Of a DNA stretch of 64,000 nt, positions 32,347-41,764 are shown in pieces. Made by a program: the position numbers and the translations under genes. The notes below the pieces were generated by a model. That model ran no database searches. It had not been told where the DNA came from and worked only from the letters and a program-made list of their open reading frames with translations. The stretch comes from Savitreella phatthalungensis (taxonomy: Eukaryota): NCBI GenBank assembly GCA_051599415.1, contig AP039710.1, positions 1-64,000 on the forward strand, given 5' to 3'. Within the stretch, counting starts at the first letter, position 1. Every line of letters begins with the position of its first letter.

Positions 32347-32898
32347 TCAGTACTTGCCTTTGCGCAATAGCCAATCGATCACACAATCGAGGTTGCGGCC
32401 CGTTTTGACAGAGATTGAATAGCAGCTTACTTCCCGGCCGTCGATTTTACTTAGACTTAGCTGTTGTATGATGTCGTCGACGGATAAATGGTCTTGTAAA
32501 TCGTTCTTATTGGCGAGTACAAGCAGTGGAATTCCTTTCAGCGTGTCTTTCGTCACCAAGGCATGCAGCTCAGTTGCCGCAGTGGGGAGTTTCGCCTTGT
32601 CCGCAGAATCAACCACAAAGACAATTGCCGTCACGTTGCGGCAGTAGCGTTCCCACATCGATCGAAAGCGCGGCTGTCCACCGAGATCCCAACACTTCAT
32701 CGTCACCCGTCCTTTGACAACCTTCCGCATATTGAAGCCGACCGTTGGAATTGTGTCCTCAGTGAATTGTCCATGAGCCATGACATGCAACAGCGTCGAT
32801 TTACCGGAGTTTTGAAGTCCGACTAGCGTCAGCTCCATCTCCGTGGACCATAACAAGCTCAGCAGCCACTCCCATAACGCCGTGAATGGATTCCACAT
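32347..32898 (-). CDS. ARL8: Arf-like GTPase Arl8
   Basis: EMELTLVGLQNSGKST, IPTVGFNMRKV, WDLGGQPRFRSMWERYCR, NKND, REVSCYSIS. Confidence 0.95.
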   Translation of the reverse strand: MWNPFTALWEWLLSLLWSTEMELTLVGLQNSGKSTLLHVMAHGQFTEDTIPTVGFNMRKVVKGRVTMKCWDLGGQPRFRSMWERYCRNVTAIVFVVDSADKAKLPTAATELHALVTKDTLKGIPLLVLANKNDLQDHLSVDDIIQQLSLSKIDGREVSCYSISVKTGRNLDCVIDWLLRKGKY

Positions 32899-33276
32899 AG
32901 TCAAGCAGCGTCGATCACGTCAGCGCTAGCGCACGTTGGTAAGAACGGTGAAGTTGAGATACTGTCAAATTCCTGATGACGCACGCGCTGGTTTGTATTC
33001 GAGCTTATTGCGCGTAGCGTTTCCAATCGAGCAAAAGTGTCGAGTGAGCTTGGTGTTCGGATTCCCCACCGAGCTAACGGGATTGATGCTCATTCATGTT
33101 TGACGGTCCAATCAATATCAAGGTTGAATCTGAGAATGACCTCAGCGGCGCAGGCCTCCAAAGAAATGGTCACGTGAGTAAAAGCAAATCTTTAGCAGCC
33201 CTCGCTGCGCGTTATATGTCTTGGTTACTATGGTCGAACATAATACATGGCCAATAAATCGCACGAACGCGGGGAA

Positions 33277-35238
33277 TCACCTCACAACCAGGCTATAAAG
33301 GAGCATGAACACACTGCCAAGGACTCCTTCACCCAGAATGAAGCCTGATGCAAGTATTGTGACCAGAATACGCTTCTCTGGTTCCTGCCGAGAGGTGCAA
33401 CGGCGGTGCCACCACCAGCTGGACAATCCGCCGATGAATCGGGCCAGTGTGAAGTCCATCGTATTGTACATTCCGACAGCAGCAGCCAGTCCAGACGGCA
33501 ACAAGTCTGTGTGAGCAGAATGCAATGATCGGACGAGCGTGACTCCCGCAAATATGAGCGACATGACTAGCGCAAAGATTCCGACTTTCGGTGGCAAACC
33601 ATGGCCATTGACGAGACGAGAGCAGTCGATCCATTGAAAGGCCGTCGGAATAGCGAATAGATCGCCAGGGATCGTGTAGAGATTCATGTAGAGCTTGTAG
33701 ACGGCAGCAGAAAGCACTGCTGAATAGGCACTTCCAATGAGCTGACCGTACGTTTGAACTCTGGGGCTGGCCCCTAGTAAATGCCCAGTCTTCAGGTCTT
33801 GCATCAGGTCCCCAGCCTGTTGAGCACCAGCCTCCGCTACTCCTCCCGCTACCAGGTTAATGACGACGGCATAGGGTGACCCTTGTTTTACAATCAGTGC
33901 AAAGATGAGCTGGCTGATCTTGCCAATACCGGAAACTGGATTCAAGTCGGTCTCTCCAAGGGCTCGAACGCCAAGAACGGATAGGAAGAGTGCGAGAAGA
34001 ATCGAACAGACGATTGTGTAGACAGGGACGACGCCATCGAACGCGTAGACGATGGCGAAAATGCAGAGCAGGGCTGAACCGGCCAAACCTACCCAGATCC
34101 ACCTTGTTGGCACGAGCATTGATGATGGTGCATCGAGCTCTGCTTCATCAATGCTCCGTTGGTCATTCTTGCGTGTCAGCAGCCATCTTGTCAGAACCAC
34201 GCCTAGAGAAATGATCGAGTCCGTGAGCATGATCGCGAGCGAAATCCAGATGAGCCAACCACGAGCGCCCGTCGCATGATCTGCTACGGGGCCGGGGGCC
34301 CAACCGTACGATCGTGCAATCGGCGACAGCACCGCCCAGCCAAGGACAGCGCCGAATAGCATGGACGAGGTGGTATGAATACCCATGATCATGCCTTGGC
34401 CAACGTACGCCAGGCTCGGCTGGAAGGAGATCAGCCAGTCATCCTTCAAGTGGAAGCGACCAAAGGTACACCAATCGAAGATAGCCAAGTGCTTGAGGCC
34501 GGGCAACAGGAAAGTGATGATAGTAATTATGGCGCTGAGCGAGAACGCCCAAGCGAGGACCTTAATTTTGGTAGCGTATTCGACATGTTGCACACCGGCA
34601 GCACGTTTACTCGGATCCTGATGCAGGATCGTGATCATCTCTGCAGTTGCAGTGCCGGACGGGAACCTCAATTGCTCACGGATCAAGACTTGCTTACGCA
34701 GCGGGATAGCGAAGAAGACACCGAAAAATGCCACGCCGAGAGACCATACTATCAGTTTTGTGAGTGATAGATCGAGTGGACCGTCCTCGTCCGCGCGGAG
34801 AAGCCTCTCCAAGGCAGGCACAACCCCAACAAGACCAGCAGCAAGTGGCATGGTACCGGAAGCGACAGCTATTGTCTGTACGAGCACATTCTCGATTGGG
34901 GAGAAAGGTGTTGCCAACAGGCCACCCATCAACTTGAAGACACCGAATGCCATGAGCGAGGCCGGTAACGACATCATCGAGATCCAGCCGGTTTGAAGGC
35001 CAAAGTAGCAATTAGAGATGCAGATCAGACTACCGATAGCAAGCCCGACAATGACGCCGCGTGCTGTGAGACCCGTGGCGGCGGGGACTGCGGGTTCCGC
35101 GGCGTTGATAACGTCGTCGTCATCGAGGTTGAAATCGTCTGAGCTCCTGGCCGGGTTTTGTAGCAATGGCCGTTCGGCTGATCGATTCCCTTCCTCCAAC
35201 TCATTTGGCGATCTTGAGCGCCGTGATAGAGAAGTCAT
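33277..35238 (-). CDS. OPT-family (YSL-like clade) transporter
   Basis: YFGLQTGWISMMSLP, ENVLVQT, LRFPSGTATA, GETDLNPVSGIGK, AGDLMQDLKTGHL; many TM segments. Confidence 0.9.
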   Translation of the reverse strand: MTSLSRRSRSPNELEEGNRSAERPLLQNPARSSDDFNLDDDDVINAAEPAVPAATGLTARGVIVGLAIGSLICISNCYFGLQTGWISMMSLPASLMAFGVFKLMGGLLATPFSPIENVLVQTIAVASGTMPLAAGLVGVVPALERLLRADEDGPLDLSLTKLIVWSLGVAFFGVFFAIPLRKQVLIREQLRFPSGTATAEMITILHQDPSKRAAGVQHVEYATKIKVLAWAFSLSAIITIITFLLPGLKHLAIFDWCTFGRFHLKDDWLISFQPSLAYVGQGMIMGIHTTSSMLFGAVLGWAVLSPIARSYGWAPGPVADHATGARGWLIWISLAIMLTDSIISLGVVLTRWLLTRKNDQRSIDEAELDAPSSMLVPTRWIWVGLAGSALLCIFAIVYAFDGVVPVYTIVCSILLALFLSVLGVRALGETDLNPVSGIGKISQLIFALIVKQGSPYAVVINLVAGGVAEAGAQQAGDLMQDLKTGHLLGASPRVQTYGQLIGSAYSAVLSAAVYKLYMNLYTIPGDLFAIPTAFQWIDCSRLVNGHGLPPKVGIFALVMSLIFAGVTLVRSLHSAHTDLLPSGLAAAVGMYNTMDFTLARFIGGLSSWWWHRRCTSRQEPEKRILVTILASGFILGEGVLGSVFMLLYSLVVR

Positions 35239-35436
35239 GGCAGCATCGTTCTGATAGATAGATGAGTGAGCTTTGTGACTTCTGGCAGGCTAGGCGCTCG
35301 CATACATTTTCATGTATGCGCGGAGTGCTCGAATCATGTGGAGATTTGTACACCATCATCCCCACAAAAACTCTATCACATAATAAATTGAGGACAATAT
35401 GAAGCTTTCCGAGTGGCAGATACATGGATGCAATAG

Positions 35437-38400
35437 CTAGTCTGTAAAGTCACTGATCTCTACAGTCTTGCTCAAGGACGACTGCGCAGCCTGAAGCTTC
35501 GCATTCTGTCTCGCTCTGGCGTTTTTGCGAGCCTGTCTTCGCTCTTGATTGCGCTTTAGGCGGGCGAGCTCGTCTTCGACCTTCTTGCGCTGGCGCGCAG
35601 CGATTTCCTCGGGCGTGCCATTCACGAAATCTTCTGCCATACGCGCCTCATGCATTTGTCGTCGCTTCTTCACATACGCATGGATGACGTGCGGATTGGT
35701 GATGACCTCCGTTGTTGACTTCGGCTCCCCGTATTCGTTGCGCACAACCCGGGTGATTCGGAGCACTTTATTGGCGACTGATCCGCTCATTCCTGATGCA
35801 AGGGATGCGTTATCATCGTCCCCATCACTCGTTACGGAAGTGTCAGCGGGCGTTTGCGCTGCACTACCACTGTCGACAGCTGGAGAGCCCATAGCCGTCC
35901 CGTCATTCTCCCTGTTAATGGCCTCAAGTGCATCTCGGTCGAGCACTTGCGCGCCTGACATGGACAAGGTCGCCTTCTGCGAGTTCCATATGCGCGAAAT
36001 CTCGTCTTCGTATGCCCGTTGTTGATCAGCGACATTGTAGCTATGGCCAGCTCTGGCGCCTTTTGTAGGCTTGCTGTCGGTGTCATCGCCTCCGCCGAGA
36101 CTGCGGAAGCCACCTTTCATCGAAGTGCGAACAAAACTGAAGCCCTCGCCGCGGCCTGTTGGGTCTCCCTCGCCGTTCAATTGCAGCATGGCTTTTCCTT
36201 GGGTAGCGTTGATGAAGTTGCGCGATGTCAGCCACGGAGCCAGCATTTGCTCGATGTCGAGATTGTCGTCTTTGTCGTCGTCTCCGTCGACTGCTTTACC
36301 ATAGCCTGCGTCTTCCAGTTGTCGCAGGCCAGCCTGCATCGCATCCACGAGACAGACTGTTTCGGGATCCACCATGGATCGAGTACCCTCTTCAGAGGGA
36401 AGGATATCGCCATCCTTGAGGCGCCAATAGCCCATGTCTTCCCCTTTGACGCGATTGTATTCCATGAAATCCTTAAGTCGTTGTCGCAGTTGACTCTCGT
36501 TTTGTTCGGGGAAATGCTTGATGAGATCTTTGACAATTATCCGGCCGAGATCATTACGGCGCATGATGCGGTAGGTCACCATCTTGAGCCTGTTCTTGGC
36601 AGCCGTCGTCACCCTTCGAGAGTGGGGGCCTGGAATTTCCACGATGGGGAAAAGCTGACCGACGGTAAAGACGTGCTTGATGAGACGTAAATAACATCGA
36701 TCGCCGCTGGACCGCGTCCTGTCACGTAGTAGGAGGAAGTCCGTGGGTTCCGGATTGTGCTTGAATACAGGCGCACGAATCATACGATTGTACAACGTCG
36801 GCACAGTCTCTCCGTGTTCGACGTGACCAAAGGTCCAGAATGGACTGCCGTCTGTCGGTGCAATAACATGTGCTTCGCCGAAGCCTCCTTTCGGGCGATA
36901 CTCGTCATCGTCGGTCCGCTTGCGATAGTAGTTGACGATCTTGCTACCCATACCCGTGTTCGACAAGACCGCAGGGTACTCCTCCGAGTACTCCAGCAGG
37001 GCGAAGCCAGTACTATCTGCGAGGGATATGTCCTTGGTCAAAGGCATAAGGATGCGGGGGTCGCGTACTTTGGTCTTAGGGCGCTTGCGCAAGCGAGAGA
37101 AGCGCATCTCCTGGTTTGGTTTGAACAGCATAGCAGGCCGATGGAATGCACGCTGCTCGGATTTGTTCAAAGACGTACGGTAGAACGGGCTTTGCAGCCT
37201 TTCCGCAAAGCCAGCATGCGCTACTTCGAATTGTGTCAAGTTCGATCTTACAGTGCGCCTCGAGTGTGATCTGAGGCGCTCGTAGACTTCATCGTTGCTC
37301 CATGCGAGCCGCTGGAGCAGTCCCGCTGTTGTTCGGCGTGAGTCCTCCGAAGCTCCAGCTTTGCGCACAAGCAGATGATCATCATTGAGATCGAGTTGCG
37401 CAACAGGTCGCAAGCGTCCGCTTACCGCGGTTTCAATATCAAGTGGCGTCAGCAAGTCTTCGTCGCGCAGAAACGAAAGTCTCGGCAACGCGGGCTCTGG
37501 CTCAGTGGCATTGGAGGCTCGATCGAGAACATCATCCCACGAGGTACAGGCTAGAATAAGATCTGCGTCGCCTTCAGAAAGGTCAGAAACTAGATCAATC
37601 GATGACTGAGCATCGTCTTCAGGCGTGTTCGAATGCGCTCCTAATTGCTGTCCGATACTCTCCGTAGTGATGATGCCAGAATGCATTCTGTCGAGGCGCA
37701 CACGCTTGTTGCGGTGAACGAAGGCTAGACGCTGATCCGGCTCGAGCTCGAGTGCCGCACGTACGGGTACCAGACTCCTAGGCGCCTTTCTCACAGCTAT
37801 CCGAAACTTTGACTTCATGGCAAAGAGCTCTGTGAATTTCAGTTTCGCGCCAGGCTTGAAGCTTGGATAGTAACGCTCGAGAATCTCGTCGTTTGTGAGC
37901 TCGCTGTCGCCCAGCATATGTACATCGGGTATAGCCTGGTCCAATGCATCTGTTGCTTCCTTGACACCGGCCATCCATTTTGCCATTTGACCCGATGCTT
38001 GTGGTGGGAGGCCTCCAAAGTCTGGCAGCGATATTTCCGGACCATTGTCTGCATCCACATCACCGGGTTCAACATCCTTCTGCGCCTGCTTAATAAGGTC
38101 TTCATAATTGAAATCCTCACGTTCCCCTGTCGGCTCTTCCTCCTCCGGAAGGTCTTCATCGCCGAGACCTGAGGATTGCAGGGATAGATTGTCATCCATC
38201 TCTCGAAAGTGCGCACCAATGTCGGCAAATTCGCCCAGCTTTTTATTGCTGGCATCCTCGTCCACCTGCGACGCGGTCGCTTGTGGGAGCTGGAAGAAGT
38301 CATCTGCAGCTTCAATCCCATTGCTCAAATCGGGATAGCCATCCGCAACGTCGCCATCCCCTTGGAAGTGATGCGGAAGGAAGAAGTGTCCAGAGTCAGA

Positions 38401-38460
38401 ATCAGCATCTGATTGACCTCCATTCTCCCCGAACAGGTCAATCTCATCGCCTTCTTCCAT
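35437..38460 (-). CDS. TAF1: TFIID subunit Taf1
   Basis: LLEYSEEYPAVLSNTGMGSKIVNYYRK, LYNRMIRAP, IPGPHSR, LAPWLTSRNFINATQGKAMLQLNGEGDPTGRGEGFSF. Confidence 0.95.
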   Translation of the reverse strand: MEEGDEIDLFGENGGQSDADSDSGHFFLPHHFQGDGDVADGYPDLSNGIEAADDFFQLPQATASQVDEDASNKKLGEFADIGAHFREMDDNLSLQSSGLGDEDLPEEEEPTGEREDFNYEDLIKQAQKDVEPGDVDADNGPEISLPDFGGLPPQASGQMAKWMAGVKEATDALDQAIPDVHMLGDSELTNDEILERYYPSFKPGAKLKFTELFAMKSKFRIAVRKAPRSLVPVRAALELEPDQRLAFVHRNKRVRLDRMHSGIITTESIGQQLGAHSNTPEDDAQSSIDLVSDLSEGDADLILACTSWDDVLDRASNATEPEPALPRLSFLRDEDLLTPLDIETAVSGRLRPVAQLDLNDDHLLVRKAGASEDSRRTTAGLLQRLAWSNDEVYERLRSHSRRTVRSNLTQFEVAHAGFAERLQSPFYRTSLNKSEQRAFHRPAMLFKPNQEMRFSRLRKRPKTKVRDPRILMPLTKDISLADSTGFALLEYSEEYPAVLSNTGMGSKIVNYYRKRTDDDEYRPKGGFGEAHVIAPTDGSPFWTFGHVEHGETVPTLYNRMIRAPVFKHNPEPTDFLLLRDRTRSSGDRCYLRLIKHVFTVGQLFPIVEIPGPHSRRVTTAAKNRLKMVTYRIMRRNDLGRIIVKDLIKHFPEQNESQLRQRLKDFMEYNRVKGEDMGYWRLKDGDILPSEEGTRSMVDPETVCLVDAMQAGLRQLEDAGYGKAVDGDDDKDDNLDIEQMLAPWLTSRNFINATQGKAMLQLNGEGDPTGRGEGFSFVRTSMKGGFRSLGGGDDTDSKPTKGARAGHSYNVADQQRAYEDEISRIWNSQKATLSMSGAQVLDRDALEAINRENDGTAMGSPAVDSGSAAQTPADTSVTSDGDDDNASLASGMSGSVANKVLRITRVVRNEYGEPKSTTEVITNPHVIHAYVKKRRQMHEARMAEDFVNGTPEEIAARQRKKVEDELARLKRNQERRQARKNARARQNAKLQAAQSSLSKTVEISDFTD

Positions 38461-38866
38461 ACTTGCTGTGAGCTAGGCCTCTTGCTGCGGCGTCTAACTA
38501 TATGGCATCACCTGACTGTGCGGCGGCGCTGATGTCATGGCAAACCTTGGCAATCTCTACTTCAACAGGCTCTGTCTCGTCGAGCGAGGACCTAGCTGTG
38601 TACACATTTTTGAAAACAGTACGCGTATGTGCTGTATAGCTAATTACTTATTGTCTCTCCACACTGCAGACGATCGAGTTTTCACAATTGACTATAATTC
38701 ATATGGCGGGAAAGCAAACAAGCCGACTGCATCCTGTATATTGTACTCTCTTGTCCTTAAGATTTCGACTGGCGTGCATCCAAATGACCAGATTCAATTT
38801 TCGAATTCTGTCCCCGCGGTCGCGCACGATTTTCACCGATGCAGTGGATGTAAAATACATACGTAC

Positions 38867-39030
38867 TGTTACGCCAAAAGGTCTTCCACCCACAAGTCAT
38901 GATTCAGGCCCGCACGTGACCTCGTGCGCCACACAGTCTTTTCCATTAGCCACACCAAACCCTTTATAAGTAAAGGGTTCGTCACTCGTAGTGCATCATC
39001 ATTCTCTGCACCCTCTCGTTCTACCTAACA
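38867..39030 (+). repeat. 5' LTR
   Basis: Identical by eye to 44828-44991. Confidence 0.96.
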
Positions 39031-39033
39031 TAT

Positions 39034-39042
39034 TGGTAGCGC
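39034..39042 (+). promoter_or_regulatory. Primer-binding site, initiator tRNA-Met type
   Basis: TGGTAGCGC lies 3 nt after the LTR and is complementary to the 3' end of yeast tRNAi-Met (GCGCUACCA), like the short Ty3 PBS. Confidence 0.8.
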
Positions 39043-39061
39043 TAGACAGCAGAGTCTGTGT

Positions 39062-41764
39062 ATGTCCTCACGACCCGATAGTCCTACGACTCAACAACCA
39101 GTGACAGAAGATTCAGCTCAAAATCTTGAAGGTAGAAGTTCTGGTCGTGAATCGCGCACAGACCCTCCATCCTCAACTTCAGGTCGGGAGACCGAGAGCG
39201 GTGCCCAACGCAGCCGACGGGTTGCCTTACCCCTGGAAGACAGACCGAGTACTCGAGCCAATCAAAAAAGGATCGAGGAACTCAGGGCAGCTCGACGTGC
39301 TAAGGAAGCCCAGCAGAGGTTGGAGGCATCAGCCAAACGGGCTGGTACCTCTCAGGAACAAGACCCTTCATTCTCACAACTGCCGGGAACATTTCCGAGA
39401 GAACCCGCTGCAACCACCTCACCAGTGTTGACCACGGAAGCCAATATGCCGTCCGGGGATACTGCACGTGAGGAACCAGCAGCAGCAAACTTTGAACAGT
39501 CAGTCCTCAATGCTCTGAACACGCTCCGTCGCGAGGTCGAACGGGGACGTGATTCAACAGATGAGTTACGTGGAAACCTGTCGCAGTTATCAAACAATTT
39601 TGGGCAATTTGCTCGACAAGTAGACGAACGATTCCGCCGTCTGGAGTCCAGTAGCCGCCCTGTGTCGCAGGAAATGCGACGAGAGGATGAAGCACTGCCA
39701 GCACGGGACACAACTCCCCAAGTCCCGGAGGAACCTCGTAACAGGAGCCAAACTGAAAACATTGGCGCTCAAGCCCAACAACGTCAAACCCCGAGAGCCG
39801 AGGCTTTCCCCGGTAATGCTGACCTCACTGGTCAAGACCAGGCATTCAACCAACCTTTCGACTACGGGGGCTCGGCCTTTTTCGCACACAGTGTTTGCGA
39901 TCCCCAAACTCCTAGATTCTCGGAACAACTACGTAGGGCTTCCGTTCCACGCGGAAACGACAGCAACTTACCGATTTTTGGGGGATTCAACCGTCTTAAA
40001 GCTAAGAGTCTCGGAACTCTTGAGACGGACAACCCGCAAAGGTATTTGCAACAATTGGAAGTCCTGAAATCCCAGCACTCCGACGAGACCATACTACAAG
40101 CGCTTTGCGAGAATTTGAACGGTAACCCAGACACGGTCGTACGTGACTGGTATTACTCTATCATCACCTCGCAATCGCCTCGTGAGGTCAATCTCCGCTC
40201 ACATCTCGGAGGATGGATGTCGATGATACACGCTTCTTTCCAAAAAACGCTCATTCAGAACGAAATGTTGCTCGACAAGATTTCCTTCACTTGGACCGAG
40301 AGTATTATGAGTTTCGTGTCACGCCTTCGCTCTGCCTTGTCGGCCTGTGGCAGAGTGTCACCGGCAACGCAACGATACGAAATAGAAAAACGACTTCCTT
40401 TGGAATTTAGGTTCACTCCTTTTGCCGCCAACGATCTCGAAGGTTTCATTGCCGAATTGCGCTATCGAGAGGCGGCCGCCAAGAATACGCATCAAAGTAC
40501 TTTACGTCTATACTCAAGTTCGGAGAAGTTATCAGGAAACCGATTTGCGAGACAGAAAGAGAACTACCCCAAGATCTCGGACAAGACCACTACAGACAAG
40601 ACCATTACAAGAAAACCGGCAAAGCCTTGTCCAAGGTGCAAAACGTCTCATTTCTATTCGGAAAGCCAGTGTCCCGATGGGAAATGGTTCAAGCGCGAGA
40701 ACCTCAAGACAATCACTAACTTCGTCTACGAGGATTCCGAAGACAATGAGTGGGACGAGGACGTTGAAGACCCTATTGACGTACTGGCAGTTGGGGACAG
40801 CCCTTTTCCGTCGCGGCCTACCAGAAAAAGGTCCAGCTCGCCGGCTTCCGAAGAACGAAATTCGAAGCGCGTTTTGGGAGATCTCGACGCCATTAACATC
40901 AATTTGGTCGAAGCCCGAAGCGATGGAGTATTCGTCCATCAAACTTCAGTCGACGGAACAGCCAGATGCATAAAAGCCCGCCCGGTAGGCGGACCGCCTT
41001 CCGAATACAGCTACACTAAGGTCGGTCACTATCGAATTCAAGTGGCGAACAGCCCTGGAGGAACGCCTGCGTGGCTAGTACTGGACAGCGGATCTCCGAT
41101 CTCACTGGTCGCAGCCGGATACCTGGAGAAAGTCTTCCCATCCGCGGTGCCGATGGAGAAGGAACAACATAAAAATCTCTTTGGCATCGCAGGAGATAAA
41201 CTGCAATCCACGCACGGCATGCAACTGTCCCTATTCTGTCCTCTGAAGGATGGAGCCTGTGTTGAGATCCAAGGATATTTCCACATCGTGCCAGAGCTGT
41301 CAGCAGGTCTACTCATTGGCAATGACATAGCGACAGCCTACCTGATGAAGACAGACTCTGAAGACTCTACGGTACAGATAGGACCAAACGGCCTCATCGC
41401 CGAGCTCAGTTTCAAACCAATGGCTAACACGACTTATGAGGTATCCTCTACCGAGGATCGTATCGTTCGACCAGGCCAAGAGGTTCGAATCGCAACAGAC
41501 ATTGGTTCCTCGTCCAATGCGCACCGGGGTGAAGAACAAGTGTTCATCGGACAGAGCGTTATCAACAGCGAGTCAAGCTCCAAAGGAATGGCCGTCGACG
41601 CCCTCCTTGCGCCCTGGCAGTCAAAGATTTGCTTCGCAAATGCCGGAAAGACACCTCTTCGAATTCGAAGAGGCCAGCGGGTTGGATGGTCCGAACCATT
41701 GGCGACTTACTATGTCTTTCAGGATTTTGGCCAGCGGATGGTCACGGGCAACACCACCCGCTAG
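39062..41764 (+). CDS. Retrotransposon ORF1: Gag + aspartic protease + dUTPase-like segment (900 aa)
   Basis: Capsid-like VRDWY..ESIMSFVSRL, zinc-knuckle variant CPRCKTSHFYSESQC, protease VLDSGS..LLIGND. Confidence 0.85.
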   Translation: MSSRPDSPTTQQPVTEDSAQNLEGRSSGRESRTDPPSSTSGRETESGAQRSRRVALPLEDRPSTRANQKRIEELRAARRAKEAQQRLEASAKRAGTSQEQDPSFSQLPGTFPREPAATTSPVLTTEANMPSGDTAREEPAAANFEQSVLNALNTLRREVERGRDSTDELRGNLSQLSNNFGQFARQVDERFRRLESSSRPVSQEMRREDEALPARDTTPQVPEEPRNRSQTENIGAQAQQRQTPRAEAFPGNADLTGQDQAFNQPFDYGGSAFFAHSVCDPQTPRFSEQLRRASVPRGNDSNLPIFGGFNRLKAKSLGTLETDNPQRYLQQLEVLKSQHSDETILQALCENLNGNPDTVVRDWYYSIITSQSPREVNLRSHLGGWMSMIHASFQKTLIQNEMLLDKISFTWTESIMSFVSRLRSALSACGRVSPATQRYEIEKRLPLEFRFTPFAANDLEGFIAELRYREAAAKNTHQSTLRLYSSSEKLSGNRFARQKENYPKISDKTTTDKTITRKPAKPCPRCKTSHFYSESQCPDGKWFKRENLKTITNFVYEDSEDNEWDEDVEDPIDVLAVGDSPFPSRPTRKRSSSPASEERNSKRVLGDLDAININLVEARSDGVFVHQTSVDGTARCIKARPVGGPPSEYSYTKVGHYRIQVANSPGGTPAWLVLDSGSPISLVAAGYLEKVFPSAVPMEKEQHKNLFGIAGDKLQSTHGMQLSLFCPLKDGACVEIQGYFHIVPELSAGLLIGNDIATAYLMKTDSEDSTVQIGPNGLIAELSFKPMANTTYEVSSTEDRIVRPGQEVRIATDIGSSSNAHRGEEQVFIGQSVINSESSSKGMAVDALLAPWQSKICFANAGKTPLRIRRGQRVGWSEPLATYYVFQDFGQRMVTGNTTR

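Noticed and set aside
33047..33075. Hairpin AGCTTGGTG..CACCGAGCT with a B-box-like loop upstream of ARL8
   Set aside because: No A box, cloverleaf or snoRNA boxes could be established.
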